Assembly: GCA_045106895.1 (NCBI GenBank)
Contig: JBGCFM010000092.1
Span: 1-64,000 of the forward strand
Reading direction: 5' to 3'
DNA: 64,000 bases
Origin: Polyangiales bacterium
Lineage (GTDB): Bacteria > Myxococcota_A > Polyangia > Polyangiales > Houyiibacteriaceae
Position numbers and translations under genes: made by a program. The notes beneath the pieces are model-generated. The model searched no databases. It saw only the letters and a list, made by a program, of their open reading frames with translations, and was not told the DNA's origin. Below are positions 37,275 to 48,195 of this stretch, in pieces. Position 1 is the first letter of the stretch; each line of letters opens with the position of its first letter.

Positions 37275-40010
37275 ATGGTCGATCTGGCGAGCCACGCGCC
37301 GGCCCTGGCGCATCTGGTGAACGCCGACGGCACGCTGCTGGACCAGGTCCTGACGGAGGACCTTCACTTGGCGGCGACGCCGGATCGCATCCTTCGCCAA
37401 ATTAGGGAGGAGGTTCGCAAACATGGATTGCTTCCCGGCCTGAGACGAAGCCGGCATCATCAGATGATTCGGATCGCTTTGCGTGAAGTGCGACGGATAG
37501 CGGATATCGATGACACAAGCCGCGAGCTGGCCGATCTCGCCGGCGCCTGTATCGAAGTCGCACAGGAGAGCGCCCGACAGGAGGTCGCGTCCCGCTTTGG
37601 GGAGGCCATCAACGAGGAAGGCGACGCTATTCCGCTGGTTGTCATGGGGATGGGGAAGCTGGGCGGCGGGGAGCTCAACCTGGGGAGCGACGTCGATATC
37701 TGCTTTTTCCATGAGACAGACGTGGGCAGCACAGAGAGCGGAGACACGAGCGTCGCGGATTTCTTTTCCAGAGTCGCGAGAAAGACCGCCGCTGCCATCG
37801 GCGATCTCACCGAACACGGCTTTGTTTTTCGCGTCGATCTGCGTCTGCGCCCCGAAGGGAGTCAGGGCGCCCTCGTGAACTCGTTGCCCTCGGCGCTTCG
37901 GTACTACGAGTCTTTCGGCCGGCCCTGGGAGCGCGCCGTATGGCTACGCGCACGCCCGGTGGCTGGGGACATGGAGCTTGGACAGCAACTCCTGGACGCC
38001 CTGCGCCCGTTCATCTTCCCGCGGCGGGTGGACCCCAGCATCGCCGACGCGATGCACGAGATGGTAGAGCGCTCACGTCGCGAGCTCAGCAAACACCCGG
38101 AACGCGATGTCAAACTTGGCCGCGGCGGCATTCGTGAAGCGGAGTTCTTTGTCCAGGCGCTTCAGCTTATTTGGGGCGGGCTGCACCCCTCTCTCCGCGT
38201 CAGCGGAACCATCGAAGCCGCGCGGCGCCTTGAGTCCCTTGGCTTCATCGGGCCTGGAGAGCGGCATGAACTTGAGAGCGCTTGGGCACTACTGAGGCGC
38301 GTCGAGCACCGCATTCACATGGTCAAGGGCTACCAAACCCACGACATCCCCGATGACTCAAAGAGCGGCGAACGCTTCGCCGCTTCTTTGGGCCTGCCCT
38401 CTCGAGCCGCGCTCTTGAGCAAGCTCGATGAACACCGCACAAAGGTCGCCCGTCTCTTTGACTCGATTCGCACCGAAGTTTCCTCGCCGGCCTCCTCCCC
38501 CTACGTGCGCCTTCTCGACGCGGTGGCAGATGGGCTGCCCCTCGAACAAGTCGCCGAGCGTGCGCGCGCGCTGCCAACGAGCGATGAGCACGAGAGCGCG
38601 ACACACCTAATTCGGTGGCGGCGACTTCCCGAAGGGCCCCTGGGTCTCATAGGACGCCGTCGAGCACCTCGACTCGCGCAGCGTCTCTTGCATGAAGTGA
38701 GTGAGGCCCCCGACCCTGACCTGGCGCTACGGCAGCTAACAGAGTTTCTGCTGCGCGGGGGATGCGCCTACAGCGCGCTGCTTGAGAGCGAACCTCGACT
38801 TCTCCGGCGACTCGTTGGGCTGCTAGGCAGCAGTCCAAGCTTTGGGGTGGCGCTCACCGGTTTCCCCGCCAGTCTCGGTCTGCTCCTCTCGGGACGTTGC
38901 CCCAGCGACGATTCTCTGCGGGCGGATCATGCGAACACCCCCGTCGACTCTGAGGCGTGCGTTCGTTTTCTGCGACAGCAGCGACGAACGGCCTCACTCC
39001 AGCTCGCCTTGGCCTCCGCGGGAGGCGAACTCAGTGCGACGGAAACCGCGTTGCTCCTGACCCGCCTCGCCGAGGAACAAATCGCCGCGAGCCTTCGCGC
39101 GGCTTTGAACACGTCGCCACTGCTGGAGAGCGCGGACTTTGCCGTCATCGGGCTAGGAACCTTGGGCGCCCGCGAGCTTGGCTTCGGCAGCGACTTGGAC
39201 CTTCTCTTCATTCACGGCAGCGAAGACCCCTCTCTGGCGGCTCCCCTGGCAAAGCTCGCCCAGCGAATATTGCGTCTGCTGAGCTGTGTGGATGCAGAGG
39301 GACCAGGCTACGAGGTCGACACCCGCCTTCGGCCGAGCGGCTCCCAAGGGATGCTCGTTGTTTCATTGCGCGCCTTCGAGCGATACCACGCCGAGCGAGC
39401 CCAAGGTTGGGAACGGCAGGCGCTACTCCGGGCCCGCTGTGTCGCGTCGACGAGTGCCTCGTTCCGGCGCACCGTCGATGAGACCATCGAAAAGCTCGCG
39501 TATGCCAAAGGTGCCCCAGAAGGAGTCGAGGTCGCTCGTCTGCGCGGCCGACTGGAACGCGAACTTGCTGGGGAAAGCGCTCATCGATACCATTCGAAGC
39601 TTGGACACGGAACGCTGATCGATGTTGAGTTTCTCACTCAGTGGCTTCAAATGAGCCACGCGGCGGATACACGGGTCCGGGTCCCCTCGACACAGGCGGC
39701 CCTTGAAGCGCTCGCCGCGGCGAAGGCCCTGAGCAAACGTGAGTTTGCCCTCCTTGAGAGCGCTCGCTCCTTTTTTTCGGCGGCGACACGCGGGATGCGC
39801 TGGCTGGACCCAAGCGGTGACGGTCGCGTCGTCCTCGGTGGCCCGCGTGCGAGCACATTGGCGAGGCATTTGGGCATCCGAGAGCGCGATGAGTTGCGTG
39901 CCGATGACGCGCTCTTCGAGCAGTGGCGCCAACTTGCCACCGAGGTCCGAGCTCTCTTTGAGGAGAAGATCTCGCCCGTCGGTGTTCACGCGCCTTGGAC
40001 CGGTCCATGA
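37275..40010 (+). CDS. glnE: Bifunctional glutamine synthetase adenylyltransferase/deadenylylase
   Basis: Two nucleotidyltransferase halves: GMGKLGGGELNLGSDVD..RVDLRLRPEG..KLGRGGIRE and GLGTLGARELGFGSDLD..VDTRLRPSG..WERQAL. Alternative start at 37209. Confidence 0.92.
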   Translation: MVDLASHAPALAHLVNADGTLLDQVLTEDLHLAATPDRILRQIREEVRKHGLLPGLRRSRHHQMIRIALREVRRIADIDDTSRELADLAGACIEVAQESARQEVASRFGEAINEEGDAIPLVVMGMGKLGGGELNLGSDVDICFFHETDVGSTESGDTSVADFFSRVARKTAAAIGDLTEHGFVFRVDLRLRPEGSQGALVNSLPSALRYYESFGRPWERAVWLRARPVAGDMELGQQLLDALRPFIFPRRVDPSIADAMHEMVERSRRELSKHPERDVKLGRGGIREAEFFVQALQLIWGGLHPSLRVSGTIEAARRLESLGFIGPGERHELESAWALLRRVEHRIHMVKGYQTHDIPDDSKSGERFAASLGLPSRAALLSKLDEHRTKVARLFDSIRTEVSSPASSPYVRLLDAVADGLPLEQVAERARALPTSDEHESATHLIRWRRLPEGPLGLIGRRRAPRLAQRLLHEVSEAPDPDLALRQLTEFLLRGGCAYSALLESEPRLLRRLVGLLGSSPSFGVALTGFPASLGLLLSGRCPSDDSLRADHANTPVDSEACVRFLRQQRRTASLQLALASAGGELSATETALLLTRLAEEQIAASLRAALNTSPLLESADFAVIGLGTLGARELGFGSDLDLLFIHGSEDPSLAAPLAKLAQRILRLLSCVDAEGPGYEVDTRLRPSGSQGMLVVSLRAFERYHAERAQGWERQALLRARCVASTSASFRRTVDETIEKLAYAKGAPEGVEVARLRGRLERELAGESAHRYHSKLGHGTLIDVEFLTQWLQMSHAADTRVRVPSTQAALEALAAAKALSKREFALLESARSFFSAATRGMRWLDPSGDGRVVLGGPRASTLARHLGIRERDELRADDALFEQWRQLATEVRALFEEKISPVGVHAPWTGP

Positions 40011-42088
40011 AGAAGCTGCTCCTCACCATGTTCGAAGGAGAGCCACGGGACGCGCTTGCTCATGAATTCTCGGAGCATGGCTTTGACGTCGTGTGCGTTG
40101 GTAGTGGCGAGCAAGCCATCGACCGCTTCGTCACCGAGTCTTTCGACGCCATCGCCATTCAGATGGAACTCCCTGGCCGAGATGGCACCGCCACCGTGGA
40201 GTCGATTCGCTGGGCTCCCGGAGGCACGGCAATCCCAATGATCCTGCTCGGGTCGGATCTGCGACTCCTCACGCCCATCGGCGCCAGGCTCGATATCTCG
40301 ACATTTCTGCAGAACGAAGTCGCAGCCGCGGCCGGCTCACTCTGGAAGTCCATGCGAAGGCGTGGGAACGCGGAACAGACGGCGGAGATCGACGTTCCTG
40401 TTGTCCCGGTGCGCGTCGCCCTCCCCATCCCCCTCGACGGACACGCCGAGTCCATGGGTTCCCTCGACCTCAAGGTCGCCGAAATCATGGAAGCCGGCGA
40501 ACGCGAGACCGCGCAGATTCGAAAGCCCGTTGTCCCGGCACTCGAAGAGGCCAGAGCCGTCGATGAACATGCCGCCGGCGTGCAGCAAGACGCCCGTCTC
40601 AGCGGCCTCGTCGAGGACACCTCCTTTCCCCTCGTCCTGGCCCGCCTCGCGGAGCAACAAGCCACCGGCGCGCTGCTCTTGGAGAATGCCGACGACCCTC
40701 GCCACACGCTCGAAGGAGGCGCGGCGAAGAAGGTTGTGTTCTTTCGTGAGGGACGACCCGTCTACGTGCGCTCGAATCTGGAAGAGGAGTGCCTCGGACA
40801 CGTTCTTCGACGGATGAGTCTGATCACCGAGGCGGAGCTTCAGCAAAGCGTGAGCGCGGTCCTCGACGGCCAAGGCAAACAAGGTGGAGTCCTCATCACG
40901 ATGGGCGCCATCACGCCTGGAGAGCTTCGTGATGGCCTTGAGAATGAACTCATCGCCAAACTCTTGGACCTCTTCAGCTGGGAGCAGGGCAGGTTCCAGT
41001 TCTCCGAGACTCTGGAAGCGCCGCCGACAACCGTCGCACTTGAAGCCTCTGTGCCAACGCTTTTGCTCCAGGGGATCCGGCAGCAGCTGCCCATCGCGCA
41101 CGTGCACCGCCGTCTTGACGCGTGCGCGGAGCGATTCGTCACTCCGACGACGCGGGACAGCGCGGACCTGCGAAGCGCCCTCGACGATGGAGGAAACGCG
41201 CTCCTTGCGGCCATCGACGGAACGATGACCGTCCGCACCCTCGTCGACTCCGGACAGCCGAGTCGGCCGGAGGCAGCTCGCATCCTCTTCGCCGCGGAAG
41301 CTTTGGGGATCATCGCTTTTCGGGACGAAGCCCTTGAGCTCGTTCCGGTGACGGGGCTCGTTCTCTCCGATTCCCAAGCTGCCCTGCGAAGCCGCGTAGT
41401 GCGCCTCGCTGAGTACTTGCGGGATGGTCGCTACGTCGAGGCCCTGGAGGTGAGTCCCGGAGACAGTGTCGCAGCAGCCCAAGCGGTCAGTGACATCGAG
41501 GAAGAACTACGAAGCGCCCTCGACCAAGGCCAACTGCCGCCGCAAGCGCAGAGCGCCGCCCTGGAGGTGCTCTCTCGCCTTCCACGTGCAGCCTTGGCCG
41601 TCGGGGCAGAAGATCATCTACCCGCCTGGGACGAATCGAAGCCACTTCCTGAGCCCAGCGCATCGATTCCCTCGCTGCCCACCAATGAGACGCTCGATGA
41701 TCAGGTCGCGAACGTTCTGCGGGCAGAGCGCTACTTTCGTCGCGCGCGAAGCTGCATTCAGGAGCGGCGAGCGGACAGCGCCTTGCACCTACTCCAAAAG
41801 GCCGTCGCCATCGCGCCGGATGAGGGAGAGTTTCTGACTTTCCTCGGAATGGCCCGTTACGATGCAGCCCTCTCTCGCACCGACCGAATGAACGCCCTGA
41901 AGGAGCTCAAGCGAGCGACTGAGATGGTGCCGAAGATGTACCAAAGCCATCTGCACTACGCGCGCGCGCTTCGAGATGAAGGCGAATTCGGCCCCGCTCG
42001 TGTCGCCTATGCGAGGGCTCTCGAAGCAGACCCATCTGGACGAGAAGCGCTCGATGAGCTTCGTGAGCTCGCGTATCCGGACGCCTGA
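40007..42088 (+). CDS. Receiver-like + DUF4388-like + TPR protein
   Basis: N-terminal receiver-like fold, ATGALLL..KVVFFREGRPVYVRSN..LG..LFSWEQGRFQF and C-terminal TPRs. ATGA overlap with glnE. Confidence 0.8.
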   Translation: MKKLLLTMFEGEPRDALAHEFSEHGFDVVCVGSGEQAIDRFVTESFDAIAIQMELPGRDGTATVESIRWAPGGTAIPMILLGSDLRLLTPIGARLDISTFLQNEVAAAAGSLWKSMRRRGNAEQTAEIDVPVVPVRVALPIPLDGHAESMGSLDLKVAEIMEAGERETAQIRKPVVPALEEARAVDEHAAGVQQDARLSGLVEDTSFPLVLARLAEQQATGALLLENADDPRHTLEGGAAKKVVFFREGRPVYVRSNLEEECLGHVLRRMSLITEAELQQSVSAVLDGQGKQGGVLITMGAITPGELRDGLENELIAKLLDLFSWEQGRFQFSETLEAPPTTVALEASVPTLLLQGIRQQLPIAHVHRRLDACAERFVTPTTRDSADLRSALDDGGNALLAAIDGTMTVRTLVDSGQPSRPEAARILFAAEALGIIAFRDEALELVPVTGLVLSDSQAALRSRVVRLAEYLRDGRYVEALEVSPGDSVAAAQAVSDIEEELRSALDQGQLPPQAQSAALEVLSRLPRAALAVGAEDHLPAWDESKPLPEPSASIPSLPTNETLDDQVANVLRAERYFRRARSCIQERRADSALHLLQKAVAIAPDEGEFLTFLGMARYDAALSRTDRMNALKELKRATEMVPKMYQSHLHYARALRDEGEFGPARVAYARALEADPSGREALDELRELAYPDA

Positions 42089-42170
42089 ATTTTAGACCTT
42101 TGGGTCTTTTCGAGGACCCCCGCCCAGACTGCGCTTGCCACGTCGACATCTGAGCGGCTATGCCGGTTGC

Positions 42171-43085
42171 ATGGTCGATAAGGTCGAAAAAATCTGGATG
42201 GACGGCGAACTCATTCCTTGGGAAAGCGCCAACGTTCACGTCCTCACACACACGCTTCACTACGGCGTCGGCGTTTTCGAAGGGATTCGCGCGTACGAGC
42301 TCAGTGATGGTCGCACCGCGATTTTCCGCCTCGAAGAGCATGTTCGCCGCCTTTTTGATTCGGCGAAGATCTGCACACTTCCGATGCCCTTCGACGAAGC
42401 CGCCATCACCCAAGCCTGCATCGACACGACCAAATCCAGCGGTCTGAAGGCGTGCTACCTGCGCCCGCTGGCGTTCATGGGCGACGGCGCGATGGGCCTC
42501 GGCGCTCGCACCAACAAAACTCGAGTCGCGATCATTGCCTGGAAGTGGGGCGCCTACCTCGGCGACGAAGGCATCGAGAAAGGCATTCGAGCAAAGGTCA
42601 GCTCCTTCGCACGCGCCGGCGTGAACAGCCTCATGGCGAAGGGCAAGATCGTTGGCCACTACGTCAACTCGATCTTGGCAAAACGCGAAGTCCTCGCGGC
42701 AGGTTACGACGAAGCCATCATGCTGGACCCACAAGGCTACGTCTGCGAAGCGTCCGGCGCGAATATCTTCGCGATTCGCAATGGCATCGTCTCCACGGCG
42801 CCACTCGGAGCTTCGATCCTGGGCGGCATCACGCGGGACACAGTCATCACCCTCATGCGCGACATGGGCCTGGAGGTACAGGAGCGCCTCCTCGGCCGAG
42901 ACGAGCTCTACGTGGCGGATGAGGTCTTCATGGTGGGCACCGCCGCCGAGGTGACCCCTGTTCGCGAAATCGATGACCGCCAGGTGGGCAATGGAGCACG
43001 CGGGCCACTCACGGAACGCATCCAAAAGCGCTACTTCGCGGCAGTTCGCGGAGAGTGCCCAGCAGAGTGGCTCACCGTCGTCTAA
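42171..43085 (+). CDS. ilvE: Branched-chain amino acid aminotransferase
   Basis: LHYGVGVFEGIRAY, YLRP, EASGANIF, ILGGITR and GTAAEVTP. Confidence 0.96.
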   Translation: MVDKVEKIWMDGELIPWESANVHVLTHTLHYGVGVFEGIRAYELSDGRTAIFRLEEHVRRLFDSAKICTLPMPFDEAAITQACIDTTKSSGLKACYLRPLAFMGDGAMGLGARTNKTRVAIIAWKWGAYLGDEGIEKGIRAKVSSFARAGVNSLMAKGKIVGHYVNSILAKREVLAAGYDEAIMLDPQGYVCEASGANIFAIRNGIVSTAPLGASILGGITRDTVITLMRDMGLEVQERLLGRDELYVADEVFMVGTAAEVTPVREIDDRQVGNGARGPLTERIQKRYFAAVRGECPAEWLTVV

Positions 43086-43135
43086 CTTCGTCGCCTGCCG
43101 CTGAGCATCGGCAGGCGATGCTAAGCTCCATACGC

Positions 43136-43171
43136 AAAAAAAAACGCCCCCGTTTCCGGAGGCGTTTTTTT
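43136..43171. terminator. Bidirectional intrinsic terminator between convergent ilvE and the zinc-ribbon gene
   Basis: A9-CGCC..GGCG-T7 arrangement. A second perfect 10-bp hairpin lies at 43091-43118. Confidence 0.85.
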
Positions 43172-43189
43172 ATGGGACGTTCCCGAGCT

Positions 43190-43945
43190 TTACTCAGATT
43201 CGTCGTCCTTGCCTTCGCCGACGCCCGCTGCTGCGGCGACATCTCGGTACACGAGGAAGGCCTTGCACTGCGGGCACTGGTGGAAGTCTTCGGCACGCTG
43301 CACCTCGATGGCGAGCTGCGCTGGAAGCGCCATTCGGCAGGACTGACAGATGCCGTCGGACTCGACGATGGTCGCCGCGTCGTACTTGTGCCGCGTGCGC
43401 AGCCGCTCGTACATCTTCATCATTCGCTTGGGCACGCCAGCGGAGAGCTCTTCGCGGCCCGCGAGCGCTTTCGACTTGAGAGCTTCGAGCTCTGCAATGC
43501 GCTCTTCGGCCGCTTTGACCTCCGCAACGAGGATGCCTTTGGCTTCGACGAACTGAGTGTCACGCTCTTCGAGAAGGCGCTCCTTCGATTCGATGATGCC
43601 TTCGACCTCCGCGATCTCTTCCTCGCGCTCCTTGATGCCTCGGCGGTTCGCCTCGACCTCTCGCTCAGCCGCGTCGACCTCGCGAAGGTTCCGGGCTTGA
43701 GAGCCCTTCGCCTTGGCTTTCTGGAGGGCTTCCACCTTCAGCTTCAAGTCGAGTCCACGCTCTTCGCGAATGGACTTCGCTTGAGCGAGCTGAGCGCGTT
43801 CAGCGTCCAGAAGTGATTCAAGTATGGAAAGGTCGTGGCGCATGCTTTCAAGGCGCTCTGGGAGCTCCTTCAACTCGCGCTCGTAAGCACGTGCAGCCCC
43901 ATCCATTTCCGCTAATTTTGCAAACGACCTTAGCTCTTCGAGCAC
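43190..43945 (-). CDS. Coiled-coil + C4 zinc-ribbon protein (zf-RING_7/CT398 family)
   Basis: Long coiled coil, then YERLR, CQSC..CPQC. GTG start preceded by GGAGG. Confidence 0.88.
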   Translation of the reverse strand: MLEELRSFAKLAEMDGAARAYERELKELPERLESMRHDLSILESLLDAERAQLAQAKSIREERGLDLKLKVEALQKAKAKGSQARNLREVDAAEREVEANRRGIKEREEEIAEVEGIIESKERLLEERDTQFVEAKGILVAEVKAAEERIAELEALKSKALAGREELSAGVPKRMMKMYERLRTRHKYDAATIVESDGICQSCRMALPAQLAIEVQRAEDFHQCPQCKAFLVYRDVAAAAGVGEGKDDESE

Positions 43946-44059
43946 CCGATGCCTCCGTTGAGTGCGGCAAGTACCGCGCTCCGCACAGCAGCGCAAGCAC
44001 ACTCGACGGAAAACATGAGCTTTTTCGGGAGGCTGGCCTCAGGAGACCTAGCTGCAGAC

Positions 44060-44095
44060 AAGAAAGTGGGCCTCAGCCTTGCGACTGAAACCCAC
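44060..44095 (-). terminator. Intrinsic terminator immediately after the tRNA
   Basis: The minus strand reads GTGGGTTTCAGTC-GCAA-GGCTGAGGCCCAC followed by TTTCTT. Confidence 0.75.
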
Positions 44096-44098
44096 GGG

Positions 44099-44172
44099 TA
44101 GGCCCACCAGGACTCGAACCTGGAACGAACCGGTTATGAGCCGGCGACTCTAACCAATTGAGCTATAGGCCC
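44099..44172 (-). tRNA. tRNA with CAT anticodon, most likely tRNA-Ile2 (lysidine); CCA not encoded
   Basis: GGGCCTA TAGCTCAATTGGTTAGAG..GCCGG CTCATAA CCGGT..CCAGGTTCGAGTCCTGG TGGGCCT A. It lacks initiator features and lies downstream of rpoD. Confidence 0.9.
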
Positions 44173-44233
44173 AGATGCGACGTTCCTTGGGAGGCATGCC
44201 TCCCTGCCCTCAAGAGAGCAAGAACGACGCCTC

Positions 44234-46222
44234 CTAACTCTCCATAAAGCTTCGAAGCTGCTTGCTGCGGCTTGGATGCCGGAGCTTACGCAGAGCCTTC
44301 GCCTCGATCTGGCGAATGCGCTCACGGGTCACTTCAAAGTCCTGACCCACCTCTTCGAGTGTATGGTCACTCTTCTCTCCGATGCCAAAGCGCATACGAA
44401 GAACCTTCTCCTCTCGTGGCGTCAGAGTCTTCAGAACACGACGGGTCTGATCTTCGAGGTTGCCGTTGATGACCGCCTCGACGGGCGACACGACGGACTT
44501 GTCCTCGATGAAATCGCCCAGATGCGAGTCTTCCTCTTCGCCGATGGGCGTTTCGAGGCTGATGGGCTCCTTGGCGATCTTGAGCACCTTGCGGACCTTC
44601 TCGAGGGGCATCTCCATGCGCTCGGCGATCTCTTCCGGCACAGGCTCGCGACCGAGTTCCTGCACCAAGTAGCGCGAGGTTCGGATGAGCTTGTTGATCG
44701 TCTCGATCATGTGAACCGGAATACGAATCGTACGGGCCTGGTCCGCGATGGCGCGGGTGATGGCCTGACGAATCCACCAAGTGGCGTACGTGGAGAACTT
44801 GTAGCCTCGTCGGTACTCAAACTTATCCACGGCCTTCATCAAGCCGATGTTGCCTTCCTGGATGAGGTCCAAGAACTGAAGGCCACGGTTCGTGTACTTC
44901 TTGGCGATGCTAACCACGAGACGCAGGTTGGCTTCCACCAACTCAGCCTTGGCGCGATCAGCCTGGCGCTCGCCCGTGTGAAGCGCCGAGTAGGTGCTGC
45001 GGAGGCGCTCGATGGGCTGTCCCATGTCCATCTCGACCTTGCGGATGGACTTGTGAGCCTCACGGGTGGACTCGTCGGCCATCGCCAGGGCCTCCGGTGA
45101 AGCGCCGATCTTCTTGAGCTGCTTCTTCGCGGACGGCTTGTCGGCTTCGAGGTCCTTGAGCAACGCTCGCACCTCTTTCTCGTCTAAGCCTCCTACGCGC
45201 GCTTTGCCCGCCTCGATGGCTCGCTCTGCGCGTTCAACGCGCCGAATGTAGCCCTTGATGCGCGAAACGACCTTGTCGATCTGCTTCTTGCTCAGACCCA
45301 CCTCACGGAGCGTTTGAATGCGCTCCGTGCGGTTCTTGTTGAGCGTCTCTTCGTGCGTGCGTCGCGTCTTTTCCGGGAGCTTTCCTTCGAGCTGCTCCGC
45401 TGCTTTGAGCGAGCTGCTTTCAAGGCGCTTCACCTTCTCGATGGTCTTGACGATGCGCGCTGCGACGTCCTCAAGCTCTTGACCCTCGGGGATAACTTTG
45501 ATGACGTCTTTGACACGAAGCTTGCCCTTTTTCAGGGACTCGCCGATGTCGATGATCTCGCCCACGCCGACGCGGGAGTTGAGAATGACATCGAAGACGC
45601 GGTCCTCACCATCTTCGATGCGCTTCGCGATCTCCACTTCGCCCTCGCGGGTGAGAAGCATGACGCGTCCCATCTTGCGCAGGTACATGCGAACGGGGTC
45701 GTTGGACTTCGTCGAGTACGGGTCTGTGCTTGGTGGCAGGACCGAATCGCGCTTCTTCTTGGCGCCGTTGGCTCGGTTCTTTGCTGCGAGCTCCAGCTTC
45801 TTCTTCGCGTGGGATGCGGAGTCGACGACGTCGATCTCTTCACGTCCAAGTCGAATGATCAGATCATCGATCTGATCGGAGGTCACGACGTCGGGCGGCA
45901 AAGCCTCGTTGACCTCATCGTATGTGAGGTATCCCTTCACACGACCGCGTTCGAGAAGGTTCTGAATCTCTCGGCGATCCTTGCCCTTCTTCTTGTCGGC
46001 TTCGGACTTGGTCTTCGACTTGGACTTCGTGGCTTTTGCCTTCACCGCTTTCGCTTTCGCGGGCTTGGCCTTCGGCGCCTTGGCTTTCGTCGCCTTCGTC
46101 GCCGTGCTCTTCGTCGCCTTAGCCTTTACGGCGCGTTTCGTTGTCGCGCGCGCCGACGTCTTTCGGGCCTTCGCCTTCGTCGCCGTCTTTTTCGCTGAAC
46201 TTTTCCGAGCCTTTGTCGCCAT
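44234..46222 (-). CDS. rpoD: Primary sigma factor RpoD
   Basis: Region 1.1 (GYLTYDEVN), [35 protein letters not shown] and TRERIRQIE. Confidence 0.98.
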   Translation of the reverse strand: MATKARKSSAKKTATKAKARKTSARATTKRAVKAKATKSTATKATKAKAPKAKPAKAKAVKAKATKSKSKTKSEADKKKGKDRREIQNLLERGRVKGYLTYDEVNEALPPDVVTSDQIDDLIIRLGREEIDVVDSASHAKKKLELAAKNRANGAKKKRDSVLPPSTDPYSTKSNDPVRMYLRKMGRVMLLTREGEVEIAKRIEDGEDRVFDVILNSRVGVGEIIDIGESLKKGKLRVKDVIKVIPEGQELEDVAARIVKTIEKVKRLESSSLKAAEQLEGKLPEKTRRTHEETLNKNRTERIQTLREVGLSKKQIDKVVSRIKGYIRRVERAERAIEAGKARVGGLDEKEVRALLKDLEADKPSAKKQLKKIGASPEALAMADESTREAHKSIRKVEMDMGQPIERLRSTYSALHTGERQADRAKAELVEANLRLVVSIAKKYTNRGLQFLDLIQEGNIGLMKAVDKFEYRRGYKFSTYATWWIRQAITRAIADQARTIRIPVHMIETINKLIRTSRYLVQELGREPVPEEIAERMEMPLEKVRKVLKIAKEPISLETPIGEEEDSHLGDFIEDKSVVSPVEAVINGNLEDQTRRVLKTLTPREEKVLRMRFGIGEKSDHTLEEVGQDFEVTRERIRQIEAKALRKLRHPSRSKQLRSFMES

Positions 46223-46253
46223 TACTACCTCTACCCCTAATCGTTTGGGCTGT

Positions 46254-48083
46254 TCACACAGGCTTCAGAGCCCCGCGAAGGAGCTCGAGCCGTTGTCGTG
46301 TCAGTTGATCTGCAAGTTCGTCGTCACCGTTGCTACGCGCCTGAAATACCTGTCTTTGAAGCGCTTCCGCCGCCTTCTGACGGGCCTTTATTTCGAGTCG
46401 GGGTAACCCCTCCTCAAGGAAACGAAGCGCCCCCGCTTCGTCTTCATGCATGGGCTGAACGATGCGTCCCTCAAGCCATGCAAGCGCTGAATTATCTATC
46501 ATTTCTGCGATTAACGCCGAGCCCTCTAACCCGCCACGCTCCCCCACCAATCGCGAAGTGGCCTGCAAGATGGCCCGAAGATCGGGATCCGTCAAAACCT
46601 CTTCGTATCTTTCCGCTATGGGCGCACGAATGAGACCCGTCTGGTCGATAAATGCACCCAAACATTCGAGTTCCAAGGGATTTGGCGGTGCTCGCCTCTT
46701 TGCCTGCACAGGCCGAGGCGCCGGCTGCGGTTTCTGACGCTCTCGCGGGTTGCGACCCCGTCGCAATCCGCGCCGAAGCTGTTGGCGCACCGCATCGATG
46801 TCGCGAACCTCGAATTTCTGGGCAATTCGCTCCACGTAGAGCCGCGTTTCTACGGGGTTATCGATGGCACGAAGCACCGGACCCAAGTCTTCAATGGCTT
46901 GGGCTTTGAGGCTTGGGTCGCCAGCGCTTTCCCGGGCGCCCTGATCGATGAGGTACTCAACGATGCTTGGGGCAGAGTCCACACGCATGCGGAGGGCTTC
47001 GCTCCCGTGCTGCGAAAGAAAAGTGTCCGGGTCATCCCCGGCGGGGAGCGCGACCACGGACGCGGCGAGGCCTGCCTTTGTCAGCAGCGGATACGAGGCG
47101 CGGATCGCTTTTCGCCCGGCCGCATCGCCGTCAAAGAGCAAGATAACGCGTGTGGCAAAACGCTTTAGAAGGCCCGCCTGCTGCGATGTAAGCGCGGTTC
47201 CCATAGGAGCAACGGAGTTGGCGAAGCCCGCTTGGTGCAGCTTCACCAAGTCGAAGTTTCCTTCGCAGAGCAGGCACCACCCTGTGCGGCGTGTCTCAAC
47301 GCGCCCTTCATGCAGCCCAAAGAGCACCTGCCCCTTTGTGTAGAGCGGTCCTTCGGGGCTGTTGATGTACTTGGCCCCCTTCTCACGTTCCTCATCTTCT
47401 CCGGGCGGCGCAGGCAGAACACGTCCACTAAACGCAACGATGCGACCTTGATGATCGCATATCGGGAACATTAAACGGTGACGAAAGCGGTCGTAGTGAC
47501 CGGAGCCACGACGAGGAACCACAAGTCCCACCGCCTCCGCATCCTCGAGCGAGTAACCCTTTTCCCGCAGAAATCGTCCGAGGGCGTCCCAGGAGTGAGG
47601 CGCGTACCCCAAACGAAAGGTCTCGACCGATTCTTGTGAGAGGCCGCGATCTTCGAACACCTGGCGAGCCATGCCTCCGAGTGGATGCTCCCGAAGAGCA
47701 CGGGCGAAAAAGCCCGCCGCGGCGTCCGTGATCTCGACGAGGCGCTCCTCCCGGTTTCGGCGTCGCTTTCGGTCCGCTTCCGCCGCGGGGTCCGACGCAG
47801 GAATCTCCACCCCAGCCTTGTCCGCCAGGCGCGAGGCCGCCTCCGGGAAAGGCAGCCCTTCAAGGCGCGTAAGGAACGAGAATACGTCTCCGGATGCCTG
47901 GCAGCCGAAACAGTGAAAAAAGCGTCGCTGAGGGTGGACGTAGAAACTCGGCGACTTCTCCGCGTGAAAAGGGCAAAGACCCTTAAAGCTCGCGCCGGAC
48001 TTGGAAAGTCGCACGTATTCCCCGACCAACGCCACGATATCCACGCGTTCGCGGATCTGCGCGATGGTCTCCTCAGGGATCAT
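46254..48083 (-). CDS. dnaG: DNA primase
   Basis: [15 protein letters not shown] zinc finger, DRFR.RLMFPI, KYINSPE, EG..D and FDGD.AG..DPD. Confidence 0.97.
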   Translation of the reverse strand: MIPEETIAQIRERVDIVALVGEYVRLSKSGASFKGLCPFHAEKSPSFYVHPQRRFFHCFGCQASGDVFSFLTRLEGLPFPEAASRLADKAGVEIPASDPAAEADRKRRRNREERLVEITDAAAGFFARALREHPLGGMARQVFEDRGLSQESVETFRLGYAPHSWDALGRFLREKGYSLEDAEAVGLVVPRRGSGHYDRFRHRLMFPICDHQGRIVAFSGRVLPAPPGEDEEREKGAKYINSPEGPLYTKGQVLFGLHEGRVETRRTGWCLLCEGNFDLVKLHQAGFANSVAPMGTALTSQQAGLLKRFATRVILLFDGDAAGRKAIRASYPLLTKAGLAASVVALPAGDDPDTFLSQHGSEALRMRVDSAPSIVEYLIDQGARESAGDPSLKAQAIEDLGPVLRAIDNPVETRLYVERIAQKFEVRDIDAVRQQLRRGLRRGRNPRERQKPQPAPRPVQAKRRAPPNPLELECLGAFIDQTGLIRAPIAERYEEVLTDPDLRAILQATSRLVGERGGLEGSALIAEMIDNSALAWLEGRIVQPMHEDEAGALRFLEEGLPRLEIKARQKAAEALQRQVFQARSNGDDELADQLTRQRLELLRGALKPV

Positions 48084-48195
48084 CCGAGCAACCTACCCGC
48101 ACCCCGCGCCACCGCAAGACCTCTGACCGGCATTTCTCCGCTCGTTCGGCGGCGGCCCGCATTTTCATCTCAGCACAGCGTGATAAGAGAGCGTC

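Noticed and set aside
43917..43924. Perfect TTTGCAAA box as a RamB/PccR-type site
   Set aside because: A single 8-mer inside a coding region far from the regulator; plausible by chance.
44099..44172. tRNA as an integration site for an island
   Set aside because: I saw no integrase and no duplicated tRNA 3' end, and the flanking genes are core.
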